A stretch of 59,021 nucleotides of DNA, filler included, from Diploschistes diacapsis (lineage: Eukaryota): assembly GCA_023645945.1 (NCBI GenBank). It is 6 parts of 6 records of this genome, joined end to end, with 100 filler letters (N's around TTAATTAATTAA, not from the genome) between each part and the next. Parts side by side here need not be neighbours in the genome. Positions count along the whole stretch, not along the records: positions 1 to 28,590 come from JALAIB010000145.1; 5 more parts are not named here. One strand, written 5' to 3'. The notes under the pieces are model-generated. The model had not been told where the DNA came from. It saw only the letters and a list, made by a program, of their open reading frames with translations, and did not search any database. Within the stretch, counting starts at the first letter, position 1. Each line of letters begins with the position of its first letter. This document shows, in pieces, positions 1 to 16,611 of the stretch. A program made the position numbers and the translations under genes.

Positions 1-2015
1 CCCCCGCATCATCCGTATGCGCCAACCGCACCCTGGTGTTCCTCGCATACTTCTCCCATCTCCCCCAAACTGCTCGAAGTCCCGGAACCTACGCTGACGC
101 GATGGACCGAGTCCATGGAACAGATATGGAAGCGTCGACGATTTCCAGTCCAGATTTCTGCCCTTGGCGAAGGCGTTGTCGGGTAGGGTTATGGCAAGTA
201 GATAGATCGAGGCTGGACCCAGCGAGACCGGCAGGACGAGCCAGGGCCAACTGGACGGCGATGCGGGTCGTTGTTTTCGATGAGCTGGCCGGAGGCTGGT
301 GCGGTGTTGGAAGGGTCGCCGTTTGCGCGAATGAAGATGGCCATGGCGTTGGCCATGTCTTGTATGCTCTTTGTGGTGTTGGGGAACGAGTTGGCGCCGT
401 CGTTGTATAGGGCTTGGATAGCAACAGGACCCTCGGCGGTTGTAAGCATCTGTTCGGTTGTAAGTGGAGGCAAAAGGTGCTATGTGGAGTGTTCGATATG
501 GCCATCTCTGAATAACTAGAGTAACAATAGATGCACTGAAGAGGAACATGGCTCGGAAGGCTCGGGTAGCTGTCCACCCACACCCATTCTGTGGAAAGAT
601 TGGAGACGTAGTTAATAGTGTTGATGCGAGTTTCGGCTTCTGATGGAAGGCAAGGCAGTAGTACTGCATTTTGCTCGTCGTCAGAATCAGAAGGAAGCGA
701 GTGTGGGTTCTTGTAGGCTTTCGGCTGCTAAGGTCCGATATCTAGGAAACCTATATCAGCACATTCGACACACCGAACTTTTCGCGAAGCTCAAGCTGAT
801 CTTCAGCAACCTTCAATAGACCAATGTTCACGGAAGTGACGATTGGGGAAAACTTAGAGAAGAGGAGACATACAATTTCCGCTGTGTATTTTTGAAGTGA
901 TGGGCCTAAGGAACACTCGACTGCAAGAACTTGTGTATCGATGTTCGTCATAACATTTGCACAGGTGTGCTCCATGCAACTATTTAATCGCCCTCTGAAT
1001 CTACTTGTATAGGCAAATAGCTCTTGATAAGAGGCTGCGCTGTCGTTATGTCTCCGGGATCTCCAGTATCATTGGTCATGATGACTGAGAGATTATGCGA
1101 GGGTGATACTGACCAAGTGTAACCAATAGAGGGTTCACCCTCAGGAGAGGCGTATATATGTGCTGTAGCATCAAAGCATACACTAGTATACCCTATTGTC
1201 CAAAATAATCGACAGAGCAGTTTCGTTCTGCAACTCGTAGGGCAAGTAAGAAGAGAGGTTGAGTCCCAGTAGTCCACCATATATGAACCCCTGCATGGGC
1301 ATAGCCAGTTGGTCTGCGAGAATCCGTTGCGTGAAATCCCCTGTAGGGTATAGTTATTTGTTTGTGGTACTATTCCAGTTGGATCTTGCCAAAGTAAGTC
1401 GCATTGATGATATGTAAGTATCTGTGGCGTGAAGGGAGCTGTGAAGAGAGTACCGAGGATGACAGGAGCGCCTAAAGATATAGCGAATTGCCTAAGGAAA
1501 GGAGTAAGATTGATTAAGGATTTTTGAAATAGGAACATTAAGGAGACTTACTTAGCATGAACTTTGCATGATAGTAAATTCAGAGCACCTAAAGGACTTC
1601 GAGCGCTTGTTTCAAAAACGTTCAATCATATACAGCCGCTGAGGGCGTAGGTAGAAGGTCCATTTTAACTGATTAACTCCTAACAAAATGTGAGCGGGAT
1701 AATGCGCTAGGGCCTCAGCACCCATACCTTCGGCAGCGATTAATGAGACAGCAACTTTGAGAACGACAACAAAGATCGACACAGCAGCATTGATAGAGAG
1801 AGCATAGGGCCAGTGGCCTAGTGGGTATCCATCGTAAAGCTTCAGCAATCTTGTCATGGCCGCTCAGGTGAGAGGATGAAAAATCTGGCGACGGCCTCAG
1901 GCCACCAAAGCCTGAAACAGGCCCATATTGAAAGTGATTTTTCGTCACTTCTGAACGATAGCCCCTTCTTCCAGAGCATAGCAGTGCCTTCCATCAAATC
2001 AGGCGTGTTTTCCAT
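1..2015 (-). pseudogene. DUF3176-like fungal membrane protein pseudogene (several frameshifts; 3' end runs off the window)
   Basis: Family-like motifs are split across frames: WWPEAVA; WPYALSINAAVSIFVVVLK..AEG..QLKW..RPQRL..RF/ETSARSPLGAL; MANAMAIFIR; TTRIAVQ/WPWLVLP; WKSSTLPYLFHGL; M/EKYARNTRVRL. +1 frameshifts lie at about 1614-1618, 249-250 and 55-57. The 5' limit is approximate. Confidence 0.75.
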
Positions 2016-3418
2016 GCTGTTCCACCCCAGACCATCCTCAGTAATTCCTGGAGACAGAGCCGCATGGCCACCTACGAAATGGTAAGCTCGATCTTTGCTG
2101 AAGATCTGCTCCCTCGAAGGATTTTCGTCGGATATCGAATCCAAAAAGGCCATGGTAGAAAAAAAATTAGGGTTGAAGCCCTTAACAATTCTGCAGGAAA
2201 TATGGAGAGTATCACCACCAAATACTGTAATCTGCCCTTGACTTCCATACCTAGAGTCCGATGTGTGGTCCTGTACCCTCCATGGGCATAATGCCAATTG
2301 CTTTAACAAACATGTTCGAGTTTCACAACAGGCTGTGCCTAGAATATCAAGCAAGTTCTCGGGACAGAATCTGCATCCACCCACCGTCGAGTCCAATAAG
2401 GAGGAAAAACGAATGTCAAGGCCAAATTGCTGCACATGCAATCGTTCGGCAATGACATATAACAGCGGGAAGTAACAAAGGTGAAGAAAGCCTGGTAAAA
2501 TACGAATACGAAAAAGCCAAAAAGAGTAGCGAGTGAAACCGAAGCAGAAAACGCCGACAGAAAGATACCACTTCTTATAGATGACAATGCAGAAGAACTG
2601 TAGCTCCCACGCACGTACTCAGTACACTAGTCCTGGATCTTTTCCAATGTCTTTTTCCTGTACTACCTGTTTATATGCAAGCTCAGCTGATACTTAGGCA
2701 GCACATGGTCTCCCTGAGGATAACGTCGGCACTGAGTATTCAGAACAGATGATAAGAAACTAGGTTCCACATACGATACTTAACAAACTCGACAACATAT
2801 TTAGCAGAACGGAACAAAGCACATCAAGCACATCAAGCTGCATTAATTCGATTCCGTCCATTGTGGATGGAAGCGAGGACGATCACGGCCCCGGACGCTG
2901 TCGATTGAGGGATGGTAGATCATTCGGCTAGGGCTGATCACAAATTGTCAATCCCAGGGCTCTACGAGGCTGGTACCCTTTGCATATATGGTGAAGGGAC
3001 GACCGCAGAGGAGAAGCGAATTCAAAAAGGGAGACACGATGTTTTGGATCGTTTTTAATATCCTGTTGACATCTGGGTCTCCATACAGTAGCAAAGGTGC
3101 GAGAGCTGAATCGACAACATTGACTGCGCGAGCTTATAATATTACAGCACCGCTCTAACCCCGACCCTTGAGCTCGGTGATACTCTTAATCTCGTAAAAA
3201 ATGATGTGCTCGGTCCCGTAGGGTAGAGCTCTTCAAATGCATTATTCCTTCCAAAGCCCCATCAAACCGTCTAGTTAAGTGGACTAGCAAAGCAACCCGC
3301 CCCGTGGTATCTTGAATCATTCAGACAAAGCCTCCCTAACTCCCGAGCATGCTGCTAGAAATCGATACAAAGGAAACTTTTTCGAGTCGTGATACCTATC
3401 CTTGAAGATGTGACTGCG

Positions 3419-8856
<5,438 letters not shown>

Positions 8857-10063
8857 CTAGAATTAAGAACGCAAGCAAAATGAAGCACAGTTTGAAGGAG
8901 CCCGGCACCGAAATGGATTCAGAAAAGAGCCAGCATTTGCTATCGTAGCAACATTGAATTCATGGTTGAGTCAAGCTCCCGGACCATGACATGCCGAAAT
9001 ACAGTACGGATATGAAGCCGACAATTACAGGCGAAGAGGTCAAAGACACCGGTTTCGATGGGCGACATAAAAGGAACGTGGCTGAGAGTCGGTGGAAGGG
9101 AGAGAGACAGGAGGAAAAGATTTGTTGGCGTGGGTCAGGGCGAACAAAAGAGCATATGGTGGAGGGGAGGAGGGAGGATAAGAGAGAGTTTTGAACGATT
9201 ATAATATAAAAGCTACATGGGGGCAGAGAGCAACAACGGCGAAAGGCAAGACAAAAGGCACTTGCACCTGCACCCAAGAATTATCTACTACTACTATCTA
9301 CTAGATACTACTACTAGTATGCCGTAACACTAGTAATTTCACCCAGCGAAGTCGAGGTATATACCACCTATCAATTTTGATGCTGCGAATGAATCCTTCT
9401 GTTTTTATTTCTCTTTCTCTTTTCTTTTTTGCTACATAACCTATATTGTATTTCGAGCATATAGGCCTTGTCTAAAAAAAATACTCGTGCCCTGAGCACC
9501 ACCGCCTCGGCAATCCAGCACATATGATGATAATGTCTTTCCCTACCAGTTGTAACAATGGATATTAGACTTGTCAGCACCCATCTCTCGAGGATCTCAG
9601 CAGCTTAGAAAAACAAGCGGAGCATGGCAGCTGGAACAGGATTTGAGCCAGCGCAGGAAAGGTGGTGGAGAAGCAAAATTGGTAATTGGCGTTGCTCTCT
9701 GTTCTTTTTTCTTTTTTGCATCGAGTCAATGTACGGTCTGGTCTGGTCTGGTCTGTACGGTCGTCCGTTGGCCAATAGGAATTGGAGGCTGTAGGATAAG
9801 CTCACTACGAGGTCTGGTAAAGTCGCCCGCATCTTACAAAGACACAGTATTGCTGATCGCGACACCCCCAACAAGCCTTCCTCATGCAAACCATTTGCAC
9901 TGCCAGCCTTGCCCGTCACAGCCGCATATGCATGCCGAGCATCTCACCCTACATCTACATGCAGAAGTAGCAAAGTAGCAAAGTCGCAAAGTAGCTAATA
10001 TGTTCCGAAGATAGAGGCGAAAATGCTGGTGGTGGCTACGGATTGTTGGAGGCAGCTTTGGAT

Positions 10064-11410
10064 ATGGATGCGAAGCCAATACCAGCCTTCTACTGCTGTT
10101 ACTTACTCAGGTCGACCGTAAGACACGCGAGTCTGTACATTGGCAGCACTCCCAACCCCAAGCGTCGACTGGCCCAGCACAATGGCCTATCAAAAGGAGG
10201 AGCTGTGAGAACATCGCGGACAGGGCTTCGGCCATGGGAAATGACGTGCATCGTCACCGGCTTCCCGTCGAGAATAGCTGCTTTGCAATTCGAGTAGGTT
10301 TTACGACTCATAGGGCTTTGGCTATACTTCACCGAGGAAACGATCAATGTTCGAATAAAGCTACTAACCTAAGCATGCTGTTAAACCACAACTTCGCTAA
10401 CTAACTCTTGCAGATGGGCGTGGAAGAATAGCCATCTAACGCGGAAGATCCCGGACGAGCAACGCATAACAGCTCGATCGACTACCACAAAACGATCCAA
10501 ATCCGGACAGGTCCGTAAACGACCGGCAGCACCACGCATGTCGCTTGCAGACAAACTACCAAACTTACTCCTCCTACTTCGTGTCCCAGGTTTTGCGCGT
10601 TGGCCTCTGGAGCTTCGGTTTTTCTGCAAAGACGTCTTCGAGCAATGGCTCAAGTCCTGCGCGGCCGCAGGCCCTTCCCTGGAGAAAGAGATCAATATCC
10701 TTTGCTATTTTGGACCGCAGCAAATGGTGGCTGCTAACGCTGTCGAAGTAACAAATCAGGTCAAAGACCAAGTGGCGGACCACGGTATCCAAGCTATCGA
10801 CCCTTCCTTCTACCGCCTAAAGCCTCATGTTGAGATTGGGCAGTCGCTAGAGACTAAATCTGCTTGGTTGACGTGCGCATGCTGCAAAAAAAGGGTCCAG
10901 GCGAAACAGGAAATGGTCTTGGTCTGTCCGCAGCATAGTTGCCAAGCACCGTCGCATATGGCCTGTTTATCGACAAGATTCCTAGGATCCGACGAGAGTC
11001 AAGAAGTCGTGCCAATAGAGGGCCAATGTCCACGCTGTCAAACGACTCTGCGATGGGTCGATCTTGTCAAGGAACTTTCACTCCGCATGAGAGGACGGAA
11101 AGAGATAGAGCGAGTGATGAAACCAAGAAGGAAGGCTGTCGCACAAGCCGGACAAATTGAAGATACCATCGAGGCCGAAGACGATGAGTCCGAGCCAGAA
11201 GAGCCAGATTATGAACTCTCCGCGGAAGATGTAATTGATGAGCCGCGCAGATTCGAGGCAAGGGGTGAGAGTCGTGACGATGATTGGGAATGTTCATCGG
11301 CCTTTAGCGCACTACCTGACGCGACGGTGACTAGGCCTAGCACTCGAGCCAAGGCACCTTCTGTGATCCAGGACAGCGACGGTTGGGTAGGTATAGAAGT
11401 TCTAGAGTGA
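10064..11410 (+). CDS. SLX1: Structure-specific endonuclease subunit Slx1 (GIY-YIG plus C-terminal RING-like zinc finger)
   Basis: [51 protein letters not shown]; intron 10294-10413; C-terminal CxxC..CxxxxCxxxxHxxC..CPRC. Confidence 0.95.
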
Positions 11411-11430
11411 AGAAAGCTTAGACGAGTCTT

Positions 11431-12099
11431 TCACCGTAAGCTACTCAACCTTTCAAGATCGCAAGAATGCGGAAGAGGATTGAGGGAAGCCAATCTCGGC
11501 TGGACATTCCTGAGGATGTCTTGCTCCACCTGCTCGAGGCTTTGGTCGGCATTGATGATGACGAGATACTGAGTGGGTAGCCTGCGCCAGAGCTCCTCGA
11601 ACTTCTCTCTTACCCGCTGCTGCATGTGGTCGGTCTCATATCTCTCTGTTCCGAACCCTCCTCTTTGAGCGGCAACGACTGCGGACACTGTTAAAAACAA
11701 CACGATATCTGGTTGAGGCAGGCCGATTTCGGGACTCCAAGCCCACTCCAAGCCCAAAGCTGGGTTGAGCTTGGCGGCAGAGTATACGGCACCCGAATAG
11801 CTGTATCTGTCTATAACAAGCGTGATCCCCGACTGGAGCTTCTTCGTAATAGCTTCAGCAGCCTCCCAGCGGTTGGCCGAGAAGAGCAGGTGAATGACGT
11901 GGTCCTCAGATTGCGCTTCGCCCTTCAAGTAAGAGTCGATGGATTTACCGATCGGGGTCGTCCGGTTGGGAAATCGCATATGCTCAACACGGTGCCCCTC
12001 CTTGGCCAGGTTCTTGAGCAGCAACTGTACTTGCGTAGACTTCCCTGCTCGGTCAAGCCCTTCAACCACTATTAATTGGCCCTTTGTGACTGTATCCAT
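11431..12099 (-). CDS. CDC8: Thymidylate kinase
   Basis: P-loop EGLDRAGKSTQ, HLLFSANRWE, DRYSYSGAVYS, GFGTERYE. Confidence 0.95.
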   Translation of the reverse strand: MDTVTKGQLIVVEGLDRAGKSTQVQLLLKNLAKEGHRVEHMRFPNRTTPIGKSIDSYLKGEAQSEDHVIHLLFSANRWEAAEAITKKLQSGITLVIDRYSYSGAVYSAAKLNPALGLEWAWSPEIGLPQPDIVLFLTVSAVVAAQRGGFGTERYETDHMQQRVREKFEELWRRLPTQYLVIINADQSLEQVEQDILRNVQPRLASLNPLPHSCDLERLSSLR

Positions 12100-12253
12100 C
12101 TTGAGAGACCAAAGGGCCAGGACGTCGGGAGGCCAAGCGGCTGTTGCAGTGGGATGTTATTCGTCCTGACAGCCAACCCGGAAGTGAGGCTTGTGCTTGT
12201 GGCTCCGCTCTAGTAGATTAGGTGTCCCTTCAACGATATGGGGTGTCTCCATA

Positions 12254-13759
12254 TCAAGAGCCAGTTTCAGTATCATCCGGAGCAGCGACCTCGTCGAATT
12301 CGAACAATTCATTCAACAACTCGTCGGTTGTATGATCATAAGCATCACCAAAGTAATCCACATTTGGCCCAAAATCCATCTCATCGGCATCAGAGCCTTG
12401 TTCCGCCACCGCGCTGCTTTGGTAGTAGCAACTACCCTGGGGTTGCTCCAGCATGCTGTGTTCAGCCGTGTACTGGTAGCCAGAGTTAATCGGAGTTTGC
12501 TCCAGCATATTGTGCTCAGGCGGCTGAGATAGCCCGAACAACTCGTCTGCAGGCGGGGTTTGCTCGAGGAAATTGTCGACCTGCGGCTGTTGTGTTAACT
12601 CCAGCGCTGATGGGACGACATATAGCGGGGCTTGCTCGAAGTGATTGTGGTCATACGGGGTGGGCGGCGTTGGCAGGAGTGTGGTGCTCGGCGTTGAGTG
12701 GAGCGTGTTGGATGAGGAGCTGTAGCCCATCTGCGGCTGTCCTATGGGAACTTCCGGCGCTGACAGGAGGACATTTTGGTTCTCTTGCTGCTCTGGCTTT
12801 GGCTCCGGCTGCGCAGCCGTCTTAGCCTTCTTCCTTGGTCCTTGCTGAGTCTCCCTTGGCCCCATCATGCGTCGCTTCTTCGTTGCACATGTTGTGCATT
12901 TGTTGATGAACTCCTGCACGACGCTCAATCGCTCAAAGTTGTCTAGGTTATAGTACTGGCTCAGGAGCTGCCACATCTTGTCTCGGCCTCCGTGGTGCTC
13001 AGGGCCTCCGTGGTAATGAGCCCAGCACAGGAGGCGGTGAACCTCTTCGGTAGGCACGACGATCCGGTACTCGGGATCTTTGTCGCTCTTCTTGGATATG
13101 GGTTCGAGGAGCAGACCGTCCTCAGCGAACAGACGGATGTTTGGGTTCTCCCAGTAGTCGTTCTCAGGGGCGAAGCTGCCGGTGTACTTATACATCGCCT
13201 GCTTTACGCTGAACTTGAAGGTAGGTGATGCATCCTCAGGTGCTTGGTCTGGCTGACAAGACTGAAAACGCCGGAAGGTCTTATGCTTTGGACATTTGAT
13301 TGCGGCGATGACGTCCTGGTAATAAGCAATGTTCTTGTTGATCTTGTCTTTGTTTTCGCCGTACTTCTTAACTGGGGCGGCGTTTATGCGCGCTTGGATG
13401 ATGGCACACGTATCTGCCAGTGATGGATACTCTGGGAGGTATTCCTCTTCCTGGGCTAATTGCATTTGGCCGGCTAGCTCCTTGCTGAGGCGAGGTACAG
13501 GCACCGAGGGAGGCTGAGGTTGCCGTTTGGACGACTCGCATCTCTGCGGTATTGTGGGTATAGAGGGTACCCGAGGATTCTGTATGCCGCCTTGGAGGTC
13601 GAAGTTGAACTGATCGACCCAAGGGTAGTGTTGGGTCTGGGTGTTTTGTGGCTGCTCATTTACGTTCTCTGATGTCTCGTTGGCTTCCATCAAGGCGTGG
13701 TAGAGTCGCTGATCTACATCTTCAGTTATGGCATCTGGGTAAGGGTAAGGGTAAGACAT
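12254..13759 (-). CDS. Uncharacterised intronless protein with an integrase-type zinc-binding (HHCC/H2C2) domain
   Basis: 501-aa ORF containing VVPTEEVHRLLCWAH..HHGGRDKMWQLLSQYY..VVQEFINKCTTC, followed by basic NLS-like runs (KKRR, PRKKAK) and a Q/P-rich, acidic tail. Confidence 0.7.
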   Translation of the reverse strand: MSYPYPYPDAITEDVDQRLYHALMEANETSENVNEQPQNTQTQHYPWVDQFNFDLQGGIQNPRVPSIPTIPQRCESSKRQPQPPSVPVPRLSKELAGQMQLAQEEEYLPEYPSLADTCAIIQARINAAPVKKYGENKDKINKNIAYYQDVIAAIKCPKHKTFRRFQSCQPDQAPEDASPTFKFSVKQAMYKYTGSFAPENDYWENPNIRLFAEDGLLLEPISKKSDKDPEYRIVVPTEEVHRLLCWAHYHGGPEHHGGRDKMWQLLSQYYNLDNFERLSVVQEFINKCTTCATKKRRMMGPRETQQGPRKKAKTAAQPEPKPEQQENQNVLLSAPEVPIGQPQMGYSSSSNTLHSTPSTTLLPTPPTPYDHNHFEQAPLYVVPSALELTQQPQVDNFLEQTPPADELFGLSQPPEHNMLEQTPINSGYQYTAEHSMLEQPQGSCYYQSSAVAEQGSDADEMDFGPNVDYFGDAYDHTTDELLNELFEFDEVAAPDDTETGS

Positions 13760-15186
13760 GATGGTCTAACAACGCTTCAATTCAAGTAATGATGGAGCTA
13801 AGGTCACGATGGACTCCAGAGACTTCGATCACGATGGATTCGAACAAGATACAGAAGAAACATGAGGAGAAGAGCTCTACGAGGCGATTTTATAGTTATG
13901 GGAGATGCACGGAGTCACCACGAACCAGCTTTGACCTTGCTCCAATGTTAGGTACCTTCATATCGAAAGCGCACCGGAAAGACAGAAAATGCCAATAGGG
14001 GGTCAAATTTCTTCTCCGACGAAGACCGATACTGCTCGAATTGGACAAAAAGTGAGTGCAGCGGTCAAAAGACTGGCTCAACGCAGACACAAGCCGTGGT
14101 AACGGGACGATGAAAAGGAGAATTTGCATACTTCGAGGCAAAAATTTCAGGACAGGAGCATAAGGTTTTGCCAATTCATCCGGATCTGGAGCCAACACGC
14201 TGCAGCGACCTTGGCACTGGCGAGCACCTCCAAAAAGCTGAGATTGTGGAGAAAGAGACATGACTCGCCTCACTCAGAAGCTGCTACAAGATGTCTACGG
14301 GGACTCGCTACGACGCCATCAAGGCGAGAAGATATCACTATCAAAGCCACGATGGCACACAACAAGCACCCCGAAGAACGCCAATGAAGTACTGAACGAA
14401 GGTAGGTGATATCCTATTTTTATAATATGGTTGATTTCAAGCAAGAGTGTCCGGCAAGGTGCTCGTCAATGTCCCACATACTCGACAATGACTCTGGAGG
14501 TACCGCTGAAACAGTCTGGGCCAAGCAGTTCAAAAATCAGGTTCCGCACGTCAAAACGCTTCCAAAAGTGGCAATTCCAATAAATAGGGGCTACACGGAT
14601 ATGGTTCCCCGTGCGGGGGGGGGGAGTCAAAGAACGTGGAACGAAATAAAGTTTGGTTCCTAAATATATCTCGCGTGCTGCACCCCATAAAAAAGATCCA
14701 CACAGATCCATATGCTGCTCGCGGTGTCGGAGAACGAAGTGCTGTCGGGCCATCCATCGGCTATCGGTAGATAAGCGAGTACATGTTTGAAAATGCCGTT
14801 CCAACGAGATCGGTTGTATTGATTTATATGATCTTGATCTCAAGTTACTGCTGCGAAATCAGGAGCAACGAATACTACGATTAAGCTGTTCTGGTCACGA
14901 GCATAAGGACAAGCTGAAATTTTATTACGGGTGCCTGATTCCATTGACGCTCGGACGCTCGTATACTGCACAGGCTCACTGAAAATTTTCTATCCAGGAC
15001 GGCGAGTACCTGCGGAAAAGAGCTCAATGTCGATATTGTTGGGCACTATTGTAACTTGGACTGGTCAAGCTTTCTTGGTTACAGCGTGGTTTGTAATTAA
15101 TGTATTGCAGTCCTTTTCTAAACAATGCTATGTACATTGAAGGTGACTAAGTCAGATCGTGATTTTAACAGCTATGACTCGATGGC

Positions 15187-16131
15187 TCAGACTGGTATGT
15201 CGAACCTTTTCCCTTGCAGCACCCTGTAGTGGAATCAATTAGTTTTGTGTGCTTGACTAGGGTTTCGGAGGTATTATCATCCTTACTTTGTATAGTAGAT
15301 GTAGAAAAAGTCTGAATACAGAACCGTCTGGAGCAGACCAGCGACCCAAGCGATGAGATCAACATGACCGTCTGAGAAGAATCGGTATATCCAGTTCAGA
15401 ACATAGAGCGCCCGGTATGCTCCCAGAGCGAACAGGTAATGCGTAGTGATTGTCTCTGCTTCGCCGGTCCGTTGGAGCATAAAGAGTTGTGGAAGAATGG
15501 CGACTGCCTCGAGCCAGATGGAGAAGGACCACAGTATCTAATACCAACTGTGAGCCTCACAGTCTCCCGTAAAGGCGACAAAACAGTCTGTTCTTACTTC
15601 CATGATTGTATATTCCTTAGGGAACAGTATTCCTAACACCGCAGCGCCTCCCAGTAAATATTCCACCTTAAATGTGTCCAGATTTGGATCTTGCGTCGGT
15701 TTGTACTCGGTCACCATAAGGTAGACTATGTATGCGGAGGAGCCGATGAAGACGCACTTGAAAGTGGCATTCCACAGCGACCGTGTGAATGTGTCGAAAA
15801 GATCTTTCCAAGAAAGTCAGTATTTTCTCTTGGCCATACCAATACACCCTCTCCAACCTAGATATCTTGTCACGTATACGAGAAGGTAAAGGGTTTGCGA
15901 TTTGAACGAGATTCCGGAGCAGCTCTATGCCCACATTAGCCAGTCAAACAAAGCCAGGCACGGAGATTCGAACGGCGTACATAGGTAACTCTCATCTTGT
16001 GAATCAAAATAAGGATTGACGCCAAATGCGACAGATCCGCTACAAGCACCGCAAATCAGCTTCAGTTTCTGGCATCCCTGGATGGGAGAGCTCTCGAAGA
16101 CTATCTTACCCGCGAGACGAAAGATATTCAT
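15187..16131 (-). CDS. ERD2: ER lumen protein retaining (HDEL/KDEL) receptor
   Basis: Six exons splice to [15 protein letters not shown]..|[18 protein letters not shown]..|[59 protein letters not shown]. Confidence 0.95.
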
Positions 16132-16611
16132 AGCTAAAGCGCTTAAAACAAAACTATATGAGGGAAGCGAAGTAAATCAGAGCCTTCAATAAAGGGAATC
16201 GGTAGAAATAGCAAGCTGTCTTGTTTCCTTCAAGCGGCTTGAAGATCAACACAACCTGAAAAGAGCCACCTTTCTCTAGTGTAGGGCTTATCAGCCTTAA
16301 CATGCACACATTTAAGCGCATACGGGAAGCAGCCCCTGGGTCCGTGCGCTGGATGTGCATATCGAGTTAGTCGCTTGGCCGGGCCGACAGACCTTAATCT
16401 CATCAGGATCCTATTCTTATTTCAGCTCAATACAAACAGATCGATTGGAAAATCCTACACAGGTAGGTTATGACACAGAGATTGAACAAGCATCTGCCTG
16501 GGAGTACATTCGAAGTACTTCGAAATATGTCTCCGGCTTAGGAAAGGCCAAGTTCATAAACAGCGCACATGCAGATATCAAGCCTTCCCTGCATTCCTTA
16601 TAGATTAAGCA

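Noticed and set aside
12254..13759. Active retrotransposon or Ginger element
   Set aside because: No DDE catalytic core, RT/RNase H, LTRs or TIRs are visible.
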